Positions 54,901 through 64,000 of a stretch of 64,000 bases of DNA are shown piece after piece; position 1 is the stretch's first letter; each line of letters begins with the position of its first letter. The notes under the pieces were generated by a model. The model did not search any database, was not told where the DNA came from, and saw nothing but the letters and a program-made list of their open reading frames with translations. Where the stretch lies: NCBI GenBank assembly GCA_002811645.1, contig PDIP01000067.1, positions 180,829 through 244,828 on the forward strand, in the 5' to 3' direction. Both the position numbers and the translations under genes were made by a program. Origin of the DNA: Corallochytrium limacisporum Hawaii (taxonomy: Eukaryota > Protista > Pluriformea).

Positions 54901-57066
54901 GGTCGTCGCTTTAGCGATTTTGAGGAAGTCTCTTCGTTGGGTCGTCGCGTTCGTCATGTCCGTGCAGCTGGCAAGGACTGGATTCTGAAACGATACGATT
55001 CGACATGTCGGACAGCGCTCATCAAGGAACTCGGTGCTCTTTGTCGCATCAAGCACCCGTCTGTCGTACGCATGCATGCGTTCTTTCGGGATGGACCTGA
55101 CTGGTACGTGCAGATGCCTTTCTTCCCTGGTGGAAATCTAAAGGACCTGCTATCTCGACGCACTGACATGCGGCTGGACGAGAAGCGAAGCATTTTTCAC
55201 CGTTTGGCCTGTGCCCTTGCATATCTGCATGATTCACACATTACTCACGCAGACTTGAAGCTGGAGAATGTGGTTATGGATTCCGAGAGCAAGCCCGTGC
55301 TGGTTGATTTCGACGTCTGCAGCGACCGTGCAAATGCACTCACGGTTACCAAATACCACGGACCCCGTGGTACGCTTGGTTATATGGCCCCCGAAATTGT
55401 CGACGGCAAGTGTCAACCGAACCCAGTGAGTGATGTGTGGGCTTTTGCTGTTATGCTGTATCGTGGAATGGTATCTATTGACGGCGATGTCCTGGTAGAG
55501 GGACAGCATGTCATGTGGAATCGTAATGTGGCTCGCGAGAAGGATCTGAATCTCGAAAACATGCTTGCGCGCATGTTCACGCTGGATCCCGAGCAACGTC
55601 TGAGCATGGCGCATGCCTGTGTGCATCCCTTCTTCAGCGACAGTTCTCTGACTGGTCTGTTGGACGAGAGTCGCATGAAAAAGGATGGCCAGCAGCTGGC
55701 TATTGTGTACCGTCGTTTAGACGAACTCCGCCGAGCCTATATGCAGAGCGTGTGGCGCATTCATGTGAGCCGACCCACTCTAGTACGTGATGTTATGTTG
55801 CACTTTCGGGCCAAGCCAGAGATCATACGCAAGCGCTTGTTGAGCCGCATGAGCGTTGTATACACACACGAAGCCGGTGTAGACGAAGGAGGTCTTAGTA
55901 CGGATCTGATCACTCAATTTTTCCGTCGCATCATTGCCAACAAGAAGCTATTTGAGACTCCAGGCAGCAACCACCTGGCCCTTCCAGCGAAGGCACCCCC
56001 TGCAGTAGTGGCTGCCAAGAAGGCGGCGAAGGAGAACCCAGGGGCTAAGGCGAACCTTGCCGGAAAGGAGGTAAAGAAACTGGAAGAACTGTTGAAGGTC
56101 GAAGCAGAAGCGGAAGAAGCGTACAAAGCCATGGGTGCAGTAATGGCGAAGTGTGTCGTGGATGGTTTGCATATTGAGACACTTTTCGCTCCAACACTGA
56201 CAAAGTTCTTCTTGTCCGCCATCCAGGGCACGGAGGCAAGTGGGAGCATCAGTATGCATGATTTGAAGGCATTTGATCCCGATCTGGCTACGCATTTGAG
56301 TTGGTTGCTGAGCAATCACGTTGATGATCTCGGTCTCACCTTTGACGACCTGGGCGGCATTTACCACGGGCGGGATATTCCGGAGGATACGCTACTAACC
56401 GAGGAGAACAAAGGTGAGTACATCAGCCGTAAATTGTACGACGTGCTACTGAAAGACCGGGAGCATCGTCTCGAGTCCATGGCCAGTGGCTTCTGGACCA
56501 ATATTCAGCACCTTGTCGGCGCTGAAATGGCCTTGCTCAGTCATGCCGAGTTTCGTCTCCTTCTCTTTGGTGCTGGCAGTGTTGCGGCAGCGGATGTCAT
56601 TGCCCTGCTTTGCTCGGAAGGCGATGATCATGGAACCGCCGAACCCTCCGAGAACAACGCTGCCATGGAGCGTTTGAAAAATGTTCTCGAAGGCTGGAGT
56701 CGCAGTAATCCTATCAAACTGCGACATTTCTTGGAGTATGTAACGGGCTCGCCTGCTATGCCGCGAGAGGAAAGTGACCAAATATTCATCCTCTGGATCC
56801 CCGCCAATACCGATGATGAGTTGGCAACTCAGGGTCGACCACAAGAACTCTCTCGCAATCCTTCGATGTCATCGTTTGGCTCTGGTGTGGCTCTGGATGA
56901 GGGCGATGTGCGCAACAACGGCAAAGTAAGTGTGCCCATGCTCCCGATTGCACACACGTGCACCCGCGTCCTGGAAATGGCCCCGTACTCATCTGAAAGG
57001 GAAATGGATGAGGCGTTAAGCAAGGCCTTTGAACTCGGCCTCAACGCAGGCTTCCACATTGCCTAA
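51916..57066 (+). CDS. Ankyrin-repeat / coiled-coil / protein kinase / HECT E3 ubiquitin ligase fusion
   Basis: 11 full ANK repeats plus one partial (~51990-53160); coiled coils; kinase ~54910-55635 (ILK, KE, HADLKLEN, DFD, GT.GYMAPE, DVWAF); HECT ~55750-57063 (EAGVDEGGL, FLEYVTGS, LPIAHTC, terminal GFHIA). Confidence 0.92.
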   Translation: MADPEGEFSSPESQPLVAGQSCGDCRDSIFNAALEGHLPCLKFIVEDLGTDPDVQDEDGESPVQLAASGGHLECLEYLVRDRNADVDVKDVEGSTPCHWAARNGYLHCLRFLHESGANFNLRDNDGDTPAALAAFDGHLNCLQFLTSELKVDIDTRNSYGSTMVHAAARNGHIRCLTYLINILQCDKDVVNENGKTPLHLACAGGHLSCVRFLIEECGANVKAEDKEGNTPLHWAAQGGHISSVRFLMEECGADCNKLNAEKETPIYWAASNGSVNCLRYMINECRGDASIKESSGLTPAHIAAQEGHVGCLRFLLEEGHSDLDTRDHTGQTVMHYAVRSGELKIVKYLVEDAQADVHVKDNQGNTCIHIAATEDDFAILRYLVVELGAETGIANDEGNLPFQLATDPKCKAVLQSALKLRNDHLLTQLSKAEEEINSMRQQLNDRAASGLDRASATDQASGDRATTILKSDVPGHLWDVFTHIRQTYATIGDASRTASFTRDSMDSSGDIEEPIRKKVKLTDVKSGDVSVVKQEMDVDDKTETRGRRKIPENRPRLNLDQMSDHVRSLLDVRRGFHLPPDLAWLIGRTREIINTMIYQPGSQQGSAPVDDALLHKEQRISRHANKVRHIVKHIIQDENAKARGDKDLIGDSSSEQTTGSASPQKNVKEGEKVNTDGAAGDNKVPTLTELESERAKRDMARNDFLASLQEEYHKTSRICEDMERFIKELPMMRKLYGELMEGIGTEQVNMPEELAVVRSKDAGRIRLEGEIRTVEEWLSSHGKDLESAMAYTDFILYILEDAITKETKLLEKAMTAATPIRRFASVARYCLHQTESHATNNAMITWWKSRQAELEVKLRHANEVKSKEESSRALLNEMEKIKGNILESKAKVFELQAQEARATARGASMEKLEEIRCMREEMEASINTDNEKLLEWQTLRADLGQSFFPELQLQDDTRLMNVGVLGTSRSGGNLASTSSNNALPRALIQSGRYIEGRRFSDFEEVSSLGRRVRHVRAAGKDWILKRYDSTCRTALIKELGALCRIKHPSVVRMHAFFRDGPDWYVQMPFFPGGNLKDLLSRRTDMRLDEKRSIFHRLACALAYLHDSHITHADLKLENVVMDSESKPVLVDFDVCSDRANALTVTKYHGPRGTLGYMAPEIVDGKCQPNPVSDVWAFAVMLYRGMVSIDGDVLVEGQHVMWNRNVAREKDLNLENMLARMFTLDPEQRLSMAHACVHPFFSDSSLTGLLDESRMKKDGQQLAIVYRRLDELRRAYMQSVWRIHVSRPTLVRDVMLHFRAKPEIIRKRLLSRMSVVYTHEAGVDEGGLSTDLITQFFRRIIANKKLFETPGSNHLALPAKAPPAVVAAKKAAKENPGAKANLAGKEVKKLEELLKVEAEAEEAYKAMGAVMAKCVVDGLHIETLFAPTLTKFFLSAIQGTEASGSISMHDLKAFDPDLATHLSWLLSNHVDDLGLTFDDLGGIYHGRDIPEDTLLTEENKGEYISRKLYDVLLKDREHRLESMASGFWTNIQHLVGAEMALLSHAEFRLLLFGAGSVAAADVIALLCSEGDDHGTAEPSENNAAMERLKNVLEGWSRSNPIKLRHFLEYVTGSPAMPREESDQIFILWIPANTDDELATQGRPQELSRNPSMSSFGSGVALDEGDVRNNGKVSVPMLPIAHTCTRVLEMAPYSSEREMDEALSKAFELGLNAGFHIA

Positions 57067-57146
57067 CTGTGTACTACACAGCCTGTTAAAATAGAACTAC
57101 TACAAACTTTACATATGAACTTGACGTACATGTATCATGACTAGAG

Positions 57147-58691
57147 TTACAGAACATCGATACCGATGCCAAGGTGCCATCCAGTACGGAATTGATCTGA
57201 TGGAAGCACTTGGACCGGCATGCAATAGCTCAGCTCCACGCGCGCTATCGCAGTCCTCAGTACCAAGCCAGCTCCCATGCTCGCTCGCACATTGTCACCA
57301 GACATTTCCATTAACATAGTGCGCATTCTATGCCCTGCACTCAAGCCGCCTGCAGTTACAAATCCGTGAGTAAAGATACTATCCCCGAGTCCGGTGCTGC
57401 CCAGACCCGGAATCTTCGTGTAAACGTGCATTCCAGTGCTCCACATAGCATTGCCTCCAAGAGAGTACCCTTCCGAAGTGCCGGGGTTCACACCGCGCAT
57501 CGCAAAACCGCGTAGGGAGTCCGGACCGCCGAGGTAGAAGCGGTCACACAGGTGCGATGAAGAAATTGGAGCCAAGGGCGCGTCCGTGCCGGCCACATCA
57601 CTCGAACCAGCGTCACCACCTATTGATGTAGCCGAGAACGTCGGACCTAGGGAGCTGGTGGATCCGCTGCTGGTGGCCCTAGTGCCACCACTGCTGCCTG
57701 ATGTCATGGCTGTGGTCTGGAAATTCGCATTCACAGCACTCAGACCACTCAGAAATCCCGTCTTGAAGTGCAGACTCACCGTCAAGCCAAGTCGACGGAT
57801 TGAACGGATGACCTCAAGGTCTAGTGTTGTCTTCAAGAACCGCACATTGCCTCCCAGGACCCCAGCTAATTCATTGGAGAGGATGAATTTTGTACCCGTT
57901 GACGCTAAAATCGGATGGTCCCTACTGTCTGCTGTCATAGTGTGAGTGATGCTGGTCTTGAATGAATGTCCCGCCTCGTCGTGCACACGAACAGATGCAG
58001 CCGGTGGGATGTTGCCAATTTCACGCCAGGAGTCCTCAACCGAAAGACGGTGCTGTCCGTAGAGAGTGGCAAAGAGATAACTAAACTCTCCACCACGAAT
58101 AATCTCATCATGTCCAGATAGCTGTTGAAGATCCCGGAACGTCTGCCATCCCTTGATCTGCCACCGGTACCGCGGATCACCACTCATAGACGTGGGCCGG
58201 GAGAACGTTGCTGTCATTGCCCGTTTCGTTTGTGTTCCGACGGAATAGTCGAAGCTCGCCTGCTCACCTCTACCAAAAACGTTGCGAAACTTTGCACTTA
58301 CATTAGCACTGGTATCGCTGGAACCGATCTCTGTTCCTGTTTTGGCCTGCAGAAGCCCGCATTCCTCAACGATATAGGTAACTTCAAGCGGTTCTGGCCC
58401 CGCTATTCCTTTCTTATTCTCGCTGACCTCAGCCTTTCTAATCTGGACTCCGACGCCTTTGAATGCTTCAAGATTCTGTAATTTGCGTGACGTGTAACGT
58501 ATTTCAAACAGGAGCTCACTGACAGTGCGGGCCTCCAACAGTCGCGCCACATCGTCGTAAACGACGTCGTTCTTGGTCCGATTGAAGCCGATAAAGTTAA
58601 CTTTGGTTACATTGATGGAGTTTCCCGTGTCCCAATCGTCTGTATGTACAAATGAAGGCCCCGCAGGAGCCGACTCGTCCTCGGAGGCCAT
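57147..58691 (-). CDS. SAMM50: Sorting and assembly machinery component 50 (Omp85 family)
   Basis: POTRA-like N-terminus (GFNRTKND), RNVFGRGE, DSRDHPIL, DRFYLGGPDSLRGF, RVELSYCMP, terminal GIGIDVL. Confidence 0.94.
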   Translation of the reverse strand: MASEDESAPAGPSFVHTDDWDTGNSINVTKVNFIGFNRTKNDVVYDDVARLLEARTVSELLFEIRYTSRKLQNLEAFKGVGVQIRKAEVSENKKGIAGPEPLEVTYIVEECGLLQAKTGTEIGSSDTSANVSAKFRNVFGRGEQASFDYSVGTQTKRAMTATFSRPTSMSGDPRYRWQIKGWQTFRDLQQLSGHDEIIRGGEFSYLFATLYGQHRLSVEDSWREIGNIPPAASVRVHDEAGHSFKTSITHTMTADSRDHPILASTGTKFILSNELAGVLGGNVRFLKTTLDLEVIRSIRRLGLTVSLHFKTGFLSGLSAVNANFQTTAMTSGSSGGTRATSSGSTSSLGPTFSATSIGGDAGSSDVAGTDAPLAPISSSHLCDRFYLGGPDSLRGFAMRGVNPGTSEGYSLGGNAMWSTGMHVYTKIPGLGSTGLGDSIFTHGFVTAGGLSAGHRMRTMLMEMSGDNVRASMGAGLVLRTAIARVELSYCMPVQVLPSDQFRTGWHLGIGIDVL

Positions 58692-59600
58692 GTTGTCTAC
58701 TAGAATTGCTACAGAATGTCACAGTGTCGTGAGGTCATCCTCATCCGATTCCTCGACCGTTTGTTTGTTTGGGGCATGACAATGTTTTTTCTGTCATCGG
58801 CCCCTTTCCATGCTGCCAACTTCTCTCACGTACCTCCATTGCTACAATACTTGCTTGACTCAGGTCCTTCTGTGCCACCGATGCTGCCGGTCAAGCTACC
58901 GATGCATGTTATTTTGGTCCGCAATTGGTCAGTCCCCTCACACCTCTGCCACTGGGGGGGTTTGGGGGGAGTGTCAATCCCCTCCCCTTCCACTACACGC
59001 GATTCGTTTTGCCGGGCACTCCCGATTTTGGTGGATCCCTTTCGTAGGTATACACAATAAAGGGACCAGACCACTCTCCAGCAAGACAAAGCCACAATCA
59101 CCTGCCCTCCCCACCCCCCACCCCTTTCTCACTCTCCCCTCCCCTTCCTTTTTCCTATTCACCGCCGAAGGGCACCCTCCTCCTCTTCCTTTCGCCCGGT
59201 GGGCCGGCGGTCTCCAAGGGAAAAGGAGAGACGAACCGACCCCCGGCACCCTGCCGCTCCGTAACCCAAAGTTCAACTTGGCCGGTGAGAGGGGGGCTTT
59301 CGCCCATTTCTCTGCCCTGGGGAGGGGGTACTGGGACCAGCAGGAATGGATTCCATTCTGACCGGTGTTACTTGCAAGTGCTGCAGCTTTAGGGTCTCCG
59401 CGAAACAATGTTGTTTGTCACAATCTCTTCTTTTTATTTCCGCGGGTTATAGTATGGTATTCGAAACCATACCGGAACACGTCGGCATCAGCCACTGTAG
59501 GCAACAGCGAAGGAGGAGGCGTTTCAAATAGTTAACAAGTACCCGAGAGTGTCATGTGTGGAACATAGGATAGTGCCTTCCAGGAGAATCAAATACAACC

Positions 59601-61100
59601 ATGGACTCCGCGATCAGGACGAGACGGAATGCCGGAGAAATGAAGGAGTCCATGAGAGAGCTCCATGAGCGGACTCAGAGCATGAAGCAGGAAAAGAAAA
59701 GCGACATGAAGGCGGCGACACTCATAGACACAGCAAACGAACGTGACCTGCCCCAAATCCGTGGATCAGAGAGCGCGACACAAATAGAACAGGAGCAGCA
59801 GGAACAGAGAAAGTTAGACCGGAGTGACTATGATGAATGGCGGAAGTTTGATGTCGACCGCGAGCTGCAGGAGATCGACCGGCGGGAGGCAGAAAGGCGC
59901 CATAGTGAGAAGAACGACTCTCGGGAAAAAGAACGACAAATGGTCCAGCGTCTCCAGTACGCAAACACTTTGAAACAGCGAGGGAATGAGTGTTTCAAGC
60001 GTGGAATGTTTGATGAGGCCGAACGTCTCTATACTGAAGCCCTAGATCAGACCCAGGACTCTCCGCTCAAGAGCGCGGTAGCCGTGTTCTACGCCAATCG
60101 AGCCATGGCACGGCTGCGCATGGAGAAGTTCACAGTAGCAGCATCGGACTGTGCAGAGGCACTCCGGCTGGATCCGAAGTACATCAAAGCATGGCAGCGC
60201 CATGCCACTGCTAAGGAAAAACTTGGAGACATTCCTGCGGCGGTGCAGAGTTGGCGCAAAGTTCTTGTCCTCGAGCCTGCGAACATCAACGCTAAGAGGG
60301 CGGTGGAGCGCCTCAGGGGAGGCTCCAGCAAAGGCACTGAGAATGAAGTCATAAGTGAAGAGGAGGTGGAGCGTATTTTATTTGGTGGCGTGAAAAAGAA
60401 ACCGCCTGCGTCCTGCGGCCAAGCCAATGAGATGCATCAGGTATCCGATGACCAGGGTTCACCACCAGAGACCCTACTGCACAGGCCGCGTCCGGGCGAG
60501 ACCACATACACTGCTGAACATGGTACGACGTTTCACAGTGTCCCTGTGTCGGTGATCTCGTTCAAGGATAATCAACAGCCGCAGTCAACTCAGGAACTGG
60601 CCAAACCGTCGGCGCCAGTAACCAAAAGCAAAGAATCTACATCCTCGTCAGCGCCAGTAACCAAAAGAAAAGAATCTACATCCTCGTCAGCGCCAGTGTC
60701 AGAAACAGTACCAGATCAAATATTAATCACAAAGCGTCTGCCGGCCCCCCCAAAGACTGCCGTCGAATTCGAACGGGACTGGAGAGTTGTAGCTGGAGAT
60801 ACAAACCTGCGCAGGAGTTATCTGCAGAGCATCAACCCACCGGCTCTGCCAAACCTGCTGCGAGAATTCCTTACCGCGGAACTCCTCGAGGACATTGGAA
60901 CCACCGTCGAGGAAAATGTCGAAATCTTTGGGGCAGAGCGTAGTCTGCAGTATCTCCAGGGCCTGAGCCAGTGCAAGCGCTTTAAAACAGTCTACCTTTT
61001 CCTGTCTAAGGACGCCAAACGCGTGTTCAAGCTGATCCTGGAGAAATCTGCCACTTTCAGCCCCCTTGCCACAGAGGTAAAGCAGGCCTTCAAGCTATAG
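59601..61100 (+). CDS. RPAP3: RNA polymerase II-associated protein 3 (R2TP co-chaperone), single TPR domain
   Basis: DYDEWRKFDVD; carboxylate-clamp TPR (KQRGNECFK, NRAMA, YIKA); RPAP3_C (PPKTAVEFERDWR, RFKTVYLFLS). Confidence 0.88.
   Translation: MDSAIRTRRNAGEMKESMRELHERTQSMKQEKKSDMKAATLIDTANERDLPQIRGSESATQIEQEQQEQRKLDRSDYDEWRKFDVDRELQEIDRREAERRHSEKNDSREKERQMVQRLQYANTLKQRGNECFKRGMFDEAERLYTEALDQTQDSPLKSAVAVFYANRAMARLRMEKFTVAASDCAEALRLDPKYIKAWQRHATAKEKLGDIPAAVQSWRKVLVLEPANINAKRAVERLRGGSSKGTENEVISEEEVERILFGGVKKKPPASCGQANEMHQVSDDQGSPPETLLHRPRPGETTYTAEHGTTFHSVPVSVISFKDNQQPQSTQELAKPSAPVTKSKESTSSSAPVTKRKESTSSSAPVSETVPDQILITKRLPAPPKTAVEFERDWRVVAGDTNLRRSYLQSINPPALPNLLREFLTAELLEDIGTTVEENVEIFGAERSLQYLQGLSQCKRFKTVYLFLSKDAKRVFKLILEKSATFSPLATEVKQAFKL
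60607..60697 (+). repeat. 39-bp in-frame tandem repeat (2.3 copies) within RPAP3
   Basis: cgtc(g/a)gcgccagtaaccaaaag(c/a)aaagaatctacatcct twice plus a partial copy; encodes SAPVTK(S/R)KESTSS. Confidence 0.93.
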
Positions 61101-63895
61101 TCGAATACCAATTAAAATCAAAGAATATAAGGATTTTGAACATAATATATTGATTTTTATGACAATCAAGGGGAGGGAGGGAACTGTAACTTGGGCAAGC
61201 TGTAAGTAAACAGTGTACAACCACGTACACATCCTGGTTTTCCATAAACACCGATAGTATCCCAGGGCAAGGGTCTCCTGTAATGAAACGACTGGGGACG
61301 ATACCAAAGCTCAGATTTTAAACTTCAATCATTCAGACCTGCTAGGAACATGTTCGCGGCTAGCTGTTGTGTGGTTGAAACTGATGTTGTCACCATACTG
61401 TTGGTAGTGCTGCTTTCATCTCTGCGGTAATGTGCAAGAAGAACATCCATAAACCGCCGCACACAAGGGTATTTGGGATCATCTCATCATGCTTTATGAG
61501 GCAAAAGGGGGGACGAATTGGGTCCTGGTCACACTGACGAATACTGAGGGTTGCCCACTCACAGTAATGATGTCGTTGTTCCAGTCCCTAGCAGAGTTGC
61601 CATCCAGCGATCCTTTGGGACCAATCCCAGTGCAGGATTCTTCACGATGTCTTCTCCGCTGTCGCCATATATCAATATCATTCAAGCGCAGCTACGTCTC
61701 CGACGGTAAGGAGAACTCTCAATAGCGGACATCTGTCATTTTCTCGTTTCATCGTTCATACTAGCCAACCTGAACATGAAAGTGGCAAGGTCCACTTGTC
61801 CTAAACAACTTGCATGGAATGCACTCTCAGTGTATAATGTGCTCTCGTTGACGGGTAGAAGGACAAAGTACCGGCCAAAGTTATATGTCATATCTTGACT
61901 TCGTCGCCGTAAGCGATGGACACAAAGCACGTTGCCCCCACCCCCCCATCGGAAGGTGGAGTTTCTAGCTGTCGGAGAGTTCATAAAATTTACAATTAAG
62001 CGAAGAACCATGGAACAATGAAGAAGTGAGACCTGGAACGCAAAATCTTGTGATCGTGTTGCTCCAAGATTGAGGACCCACATGCGGCATCGTTGCGGAA
62101 CTGTAAGCAAGGAGAGTTTAGATGGGGCCTCCCTCTACGGCCCCACGGTCTAATCCAGTGGCAACGTAGGATGGGCTGTCGCATGGCAAACAGAAATGAA
62201 TTTGAGTGAAATGGAATTCGGATTGGGAACGGAGAATCAGCTTCCCGAGTCTTTCCATGCTCGCCCATAGGACGTGGAAGCCAGTGGTGCCGTGCTTCGT
62301 CCACATCTTCACATGCAGATGAGGCTTCCATCGAACCAGATGTGTCCAACAACTGGCGGGAAAAGTTTACAGAACTGTTTTGGACCTGTCGTTCTGTGGA
62401 TGCGGTCTGTCGCTCCCAGGTGGTGACACCTTTGGCTCGCCCGGAAGAACGTACGTGGCTAAAGATCGCCTCAAATCCCGTGGTACCACGCACGAAAAGA
62501 CGAGTGCATCATTTCCTACTGTTCTTTGATGGCGTTGTTTAGGATTTTCCTTCAACGTATAGTGATGAATGGCAAAAAGCAACACAATTTTCTAGATTTC
62601 TAATCAGTTTCCTCAAACGTGGAGCGTGGAAAGCGTGTTTCTGACACTATGAACCACCGTCCGTACGAGGGACGCTGAAAACACAGAGAGATTCCGATGT
62701 ATCACGTATGTAGCACTTGTGAATCCAGGTACGATTTGTGTTAGAAATCTTCCGCGCCCTACCGACAAGCACAGCAATCATCGTCTTGCCTGTACCCTTA
62801 CCAAACATCACAGTGCGCTGTTACATCATCTTGAATTCCACACCACCATTTCGTATTACATGCATGGATCCATTTTTAAGGTCCTAAGCTTTACACCAAA
62901 CAAAATGCGGGAGAATGTCGGCGGATGTTTACGGAGCTGGATGTCACATAGAAACGCGACGTGCACGACCTACAGGGACACTGCATCCCTGGTGCTGAGA
63001 CGATTCATCCACCGCCCACGGATGTAAGCCGGGTGTCCAAAACTACCCACCCCGGGGGTAGTAACACTTATCTATGGCCACAACTCTGTACACAGCATCA
63101 CGAGAACTCACGAGGTCTTAGCAGGACAAACACTGAGCCTACTGATTCACAGTATGAAACATGGCACATCTGATCCATAAGCCAGTGAACATCTTTGCCA
63201 TGCGGGAGGTTATAAGACTCCTCTGTTTCTGGTCCAATGATGGACAATGAATTTTGGCCGACATCGTGTAAATTGAAGATACCGCTCTGTCGGTCGCTGA
63301 TACCAAAAGTTGATGAGAAACATCCAATCCATCACCACGATGCCACAGGATACTAAGTTTAGATAGCTTATACAGAACGTATCAGGGAGCAATACAAATT
63401 GAGATTAGGAAGTGTGTGTATTCATGTGACGTTGTTGTCCTCCGCAGATGATTAGTCTTCTGGCTCATGCTCTTTTCTGCTCCTACGACATGGATAGAGA
63501 GCGCGAACGTTGGCGGTAGTATGTAGGCGCACCAGCCCACAGAATTGGTATAAGTTCACCGAAACCCTCCACTCACAAGCGAGAACGTTGGCAATATTGG
63601 TGGTATATTGTGCACAAGAGAATGTCAAAAGGACCTGAGTCACAGCGTTACGTCAAATTCCCGCTAGTATCCAATAGCTGTGATCATGGAAGGCCCACAA
63701 GCTTGGCAGTGCAGTTACGTTCTGGCAGGAAAATGCTCCACCACTGATGTCGCGATTACAATCGTCTTGCATCACCACTATTGAAGCTGTGGCTGGCTGC
63801 ATATGACACATGCTGAGGATAACAGTGTTTCTGTGGCTAGAGCCTCTCTTCGCGGAAGTCTTTAACAACGTCCGTATTGGTTCAACCACCCACAC

Positions 63896-64000
63896 TCATT
63901 CGGCGAAGACGTCCCACATACTATCCTCTGCGTCGAAATATTGCTCCAAATCATATTTAATCAACCGGAATAAGGAGGGAGGGAGAAATTCGCGCCAACC
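63896..64000 (-). CDS. Possible 3' end of a gene entering from the right window edge
   Basis: Open frame GWREFLPPSLFRLIKYDLEQYFDAEDSMWDVFAE*; too short to identify. Confidence 0.3.
   Translation of the reverse strand, partial: GWREFLPPSLFRLIKYDLEQYFDAEDSMWDVFAE

Noticed and set aside
60607-60697. 39-bp repeats considered as a CRISPR-like array
   Set aside because: No spacers; an in-frame coding duplication in a disordered linker.

Overview
Eukaryotic nuclear DNA from a compact, almost intron-free genome (draft assembly, five N gaps). About 19 protein-coding genes, nearly all single long ORFs in near-strict strand alternation. Housekeeping genes: cystathionine gamma-synthase, OLA1, SMC5, eIF3k, POLA1, ATP synthase subunit b, ORC5, PRORP, TOM22, SAM50, RPAP3. 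The mix of animal-type genes (Cav-beta-like MAGUK, TRIC/TMEM38, CATIP, PRORP, linker-SH2) with a fungal-type methionine enzyme and intronless CDSs suggests a unicellular holozoan, possibly Corallochytrium-like (inference). Most unusual items: (1) a 1716-aa ankyrin / coiled-coil / non-RD kinase / HECT fusion; (2) a STAT-like linker-SH2 protein with FLVH instead of FLVR, a prion-like spacer and a non-STAT, possibly Ste12-like N-terminal domain; (3) a GPI-anchored Agd3/CBM87-like protein that has lost its deacetylase catalytic motif; (4) a Cav-beta homologue with a ~430-aa HOOK, head-to-head with a TRIC channel; (5) a disrupted CATIP locus. Items 2 and 3 form a convergent pair flanked by 6.6 and 7.5 kb microsatellite-rich non-coding tracts. 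All homology calls come from motif recognition by eye; no searches were run. No rRNA, tRNA or CRISPR arrays were recognised.
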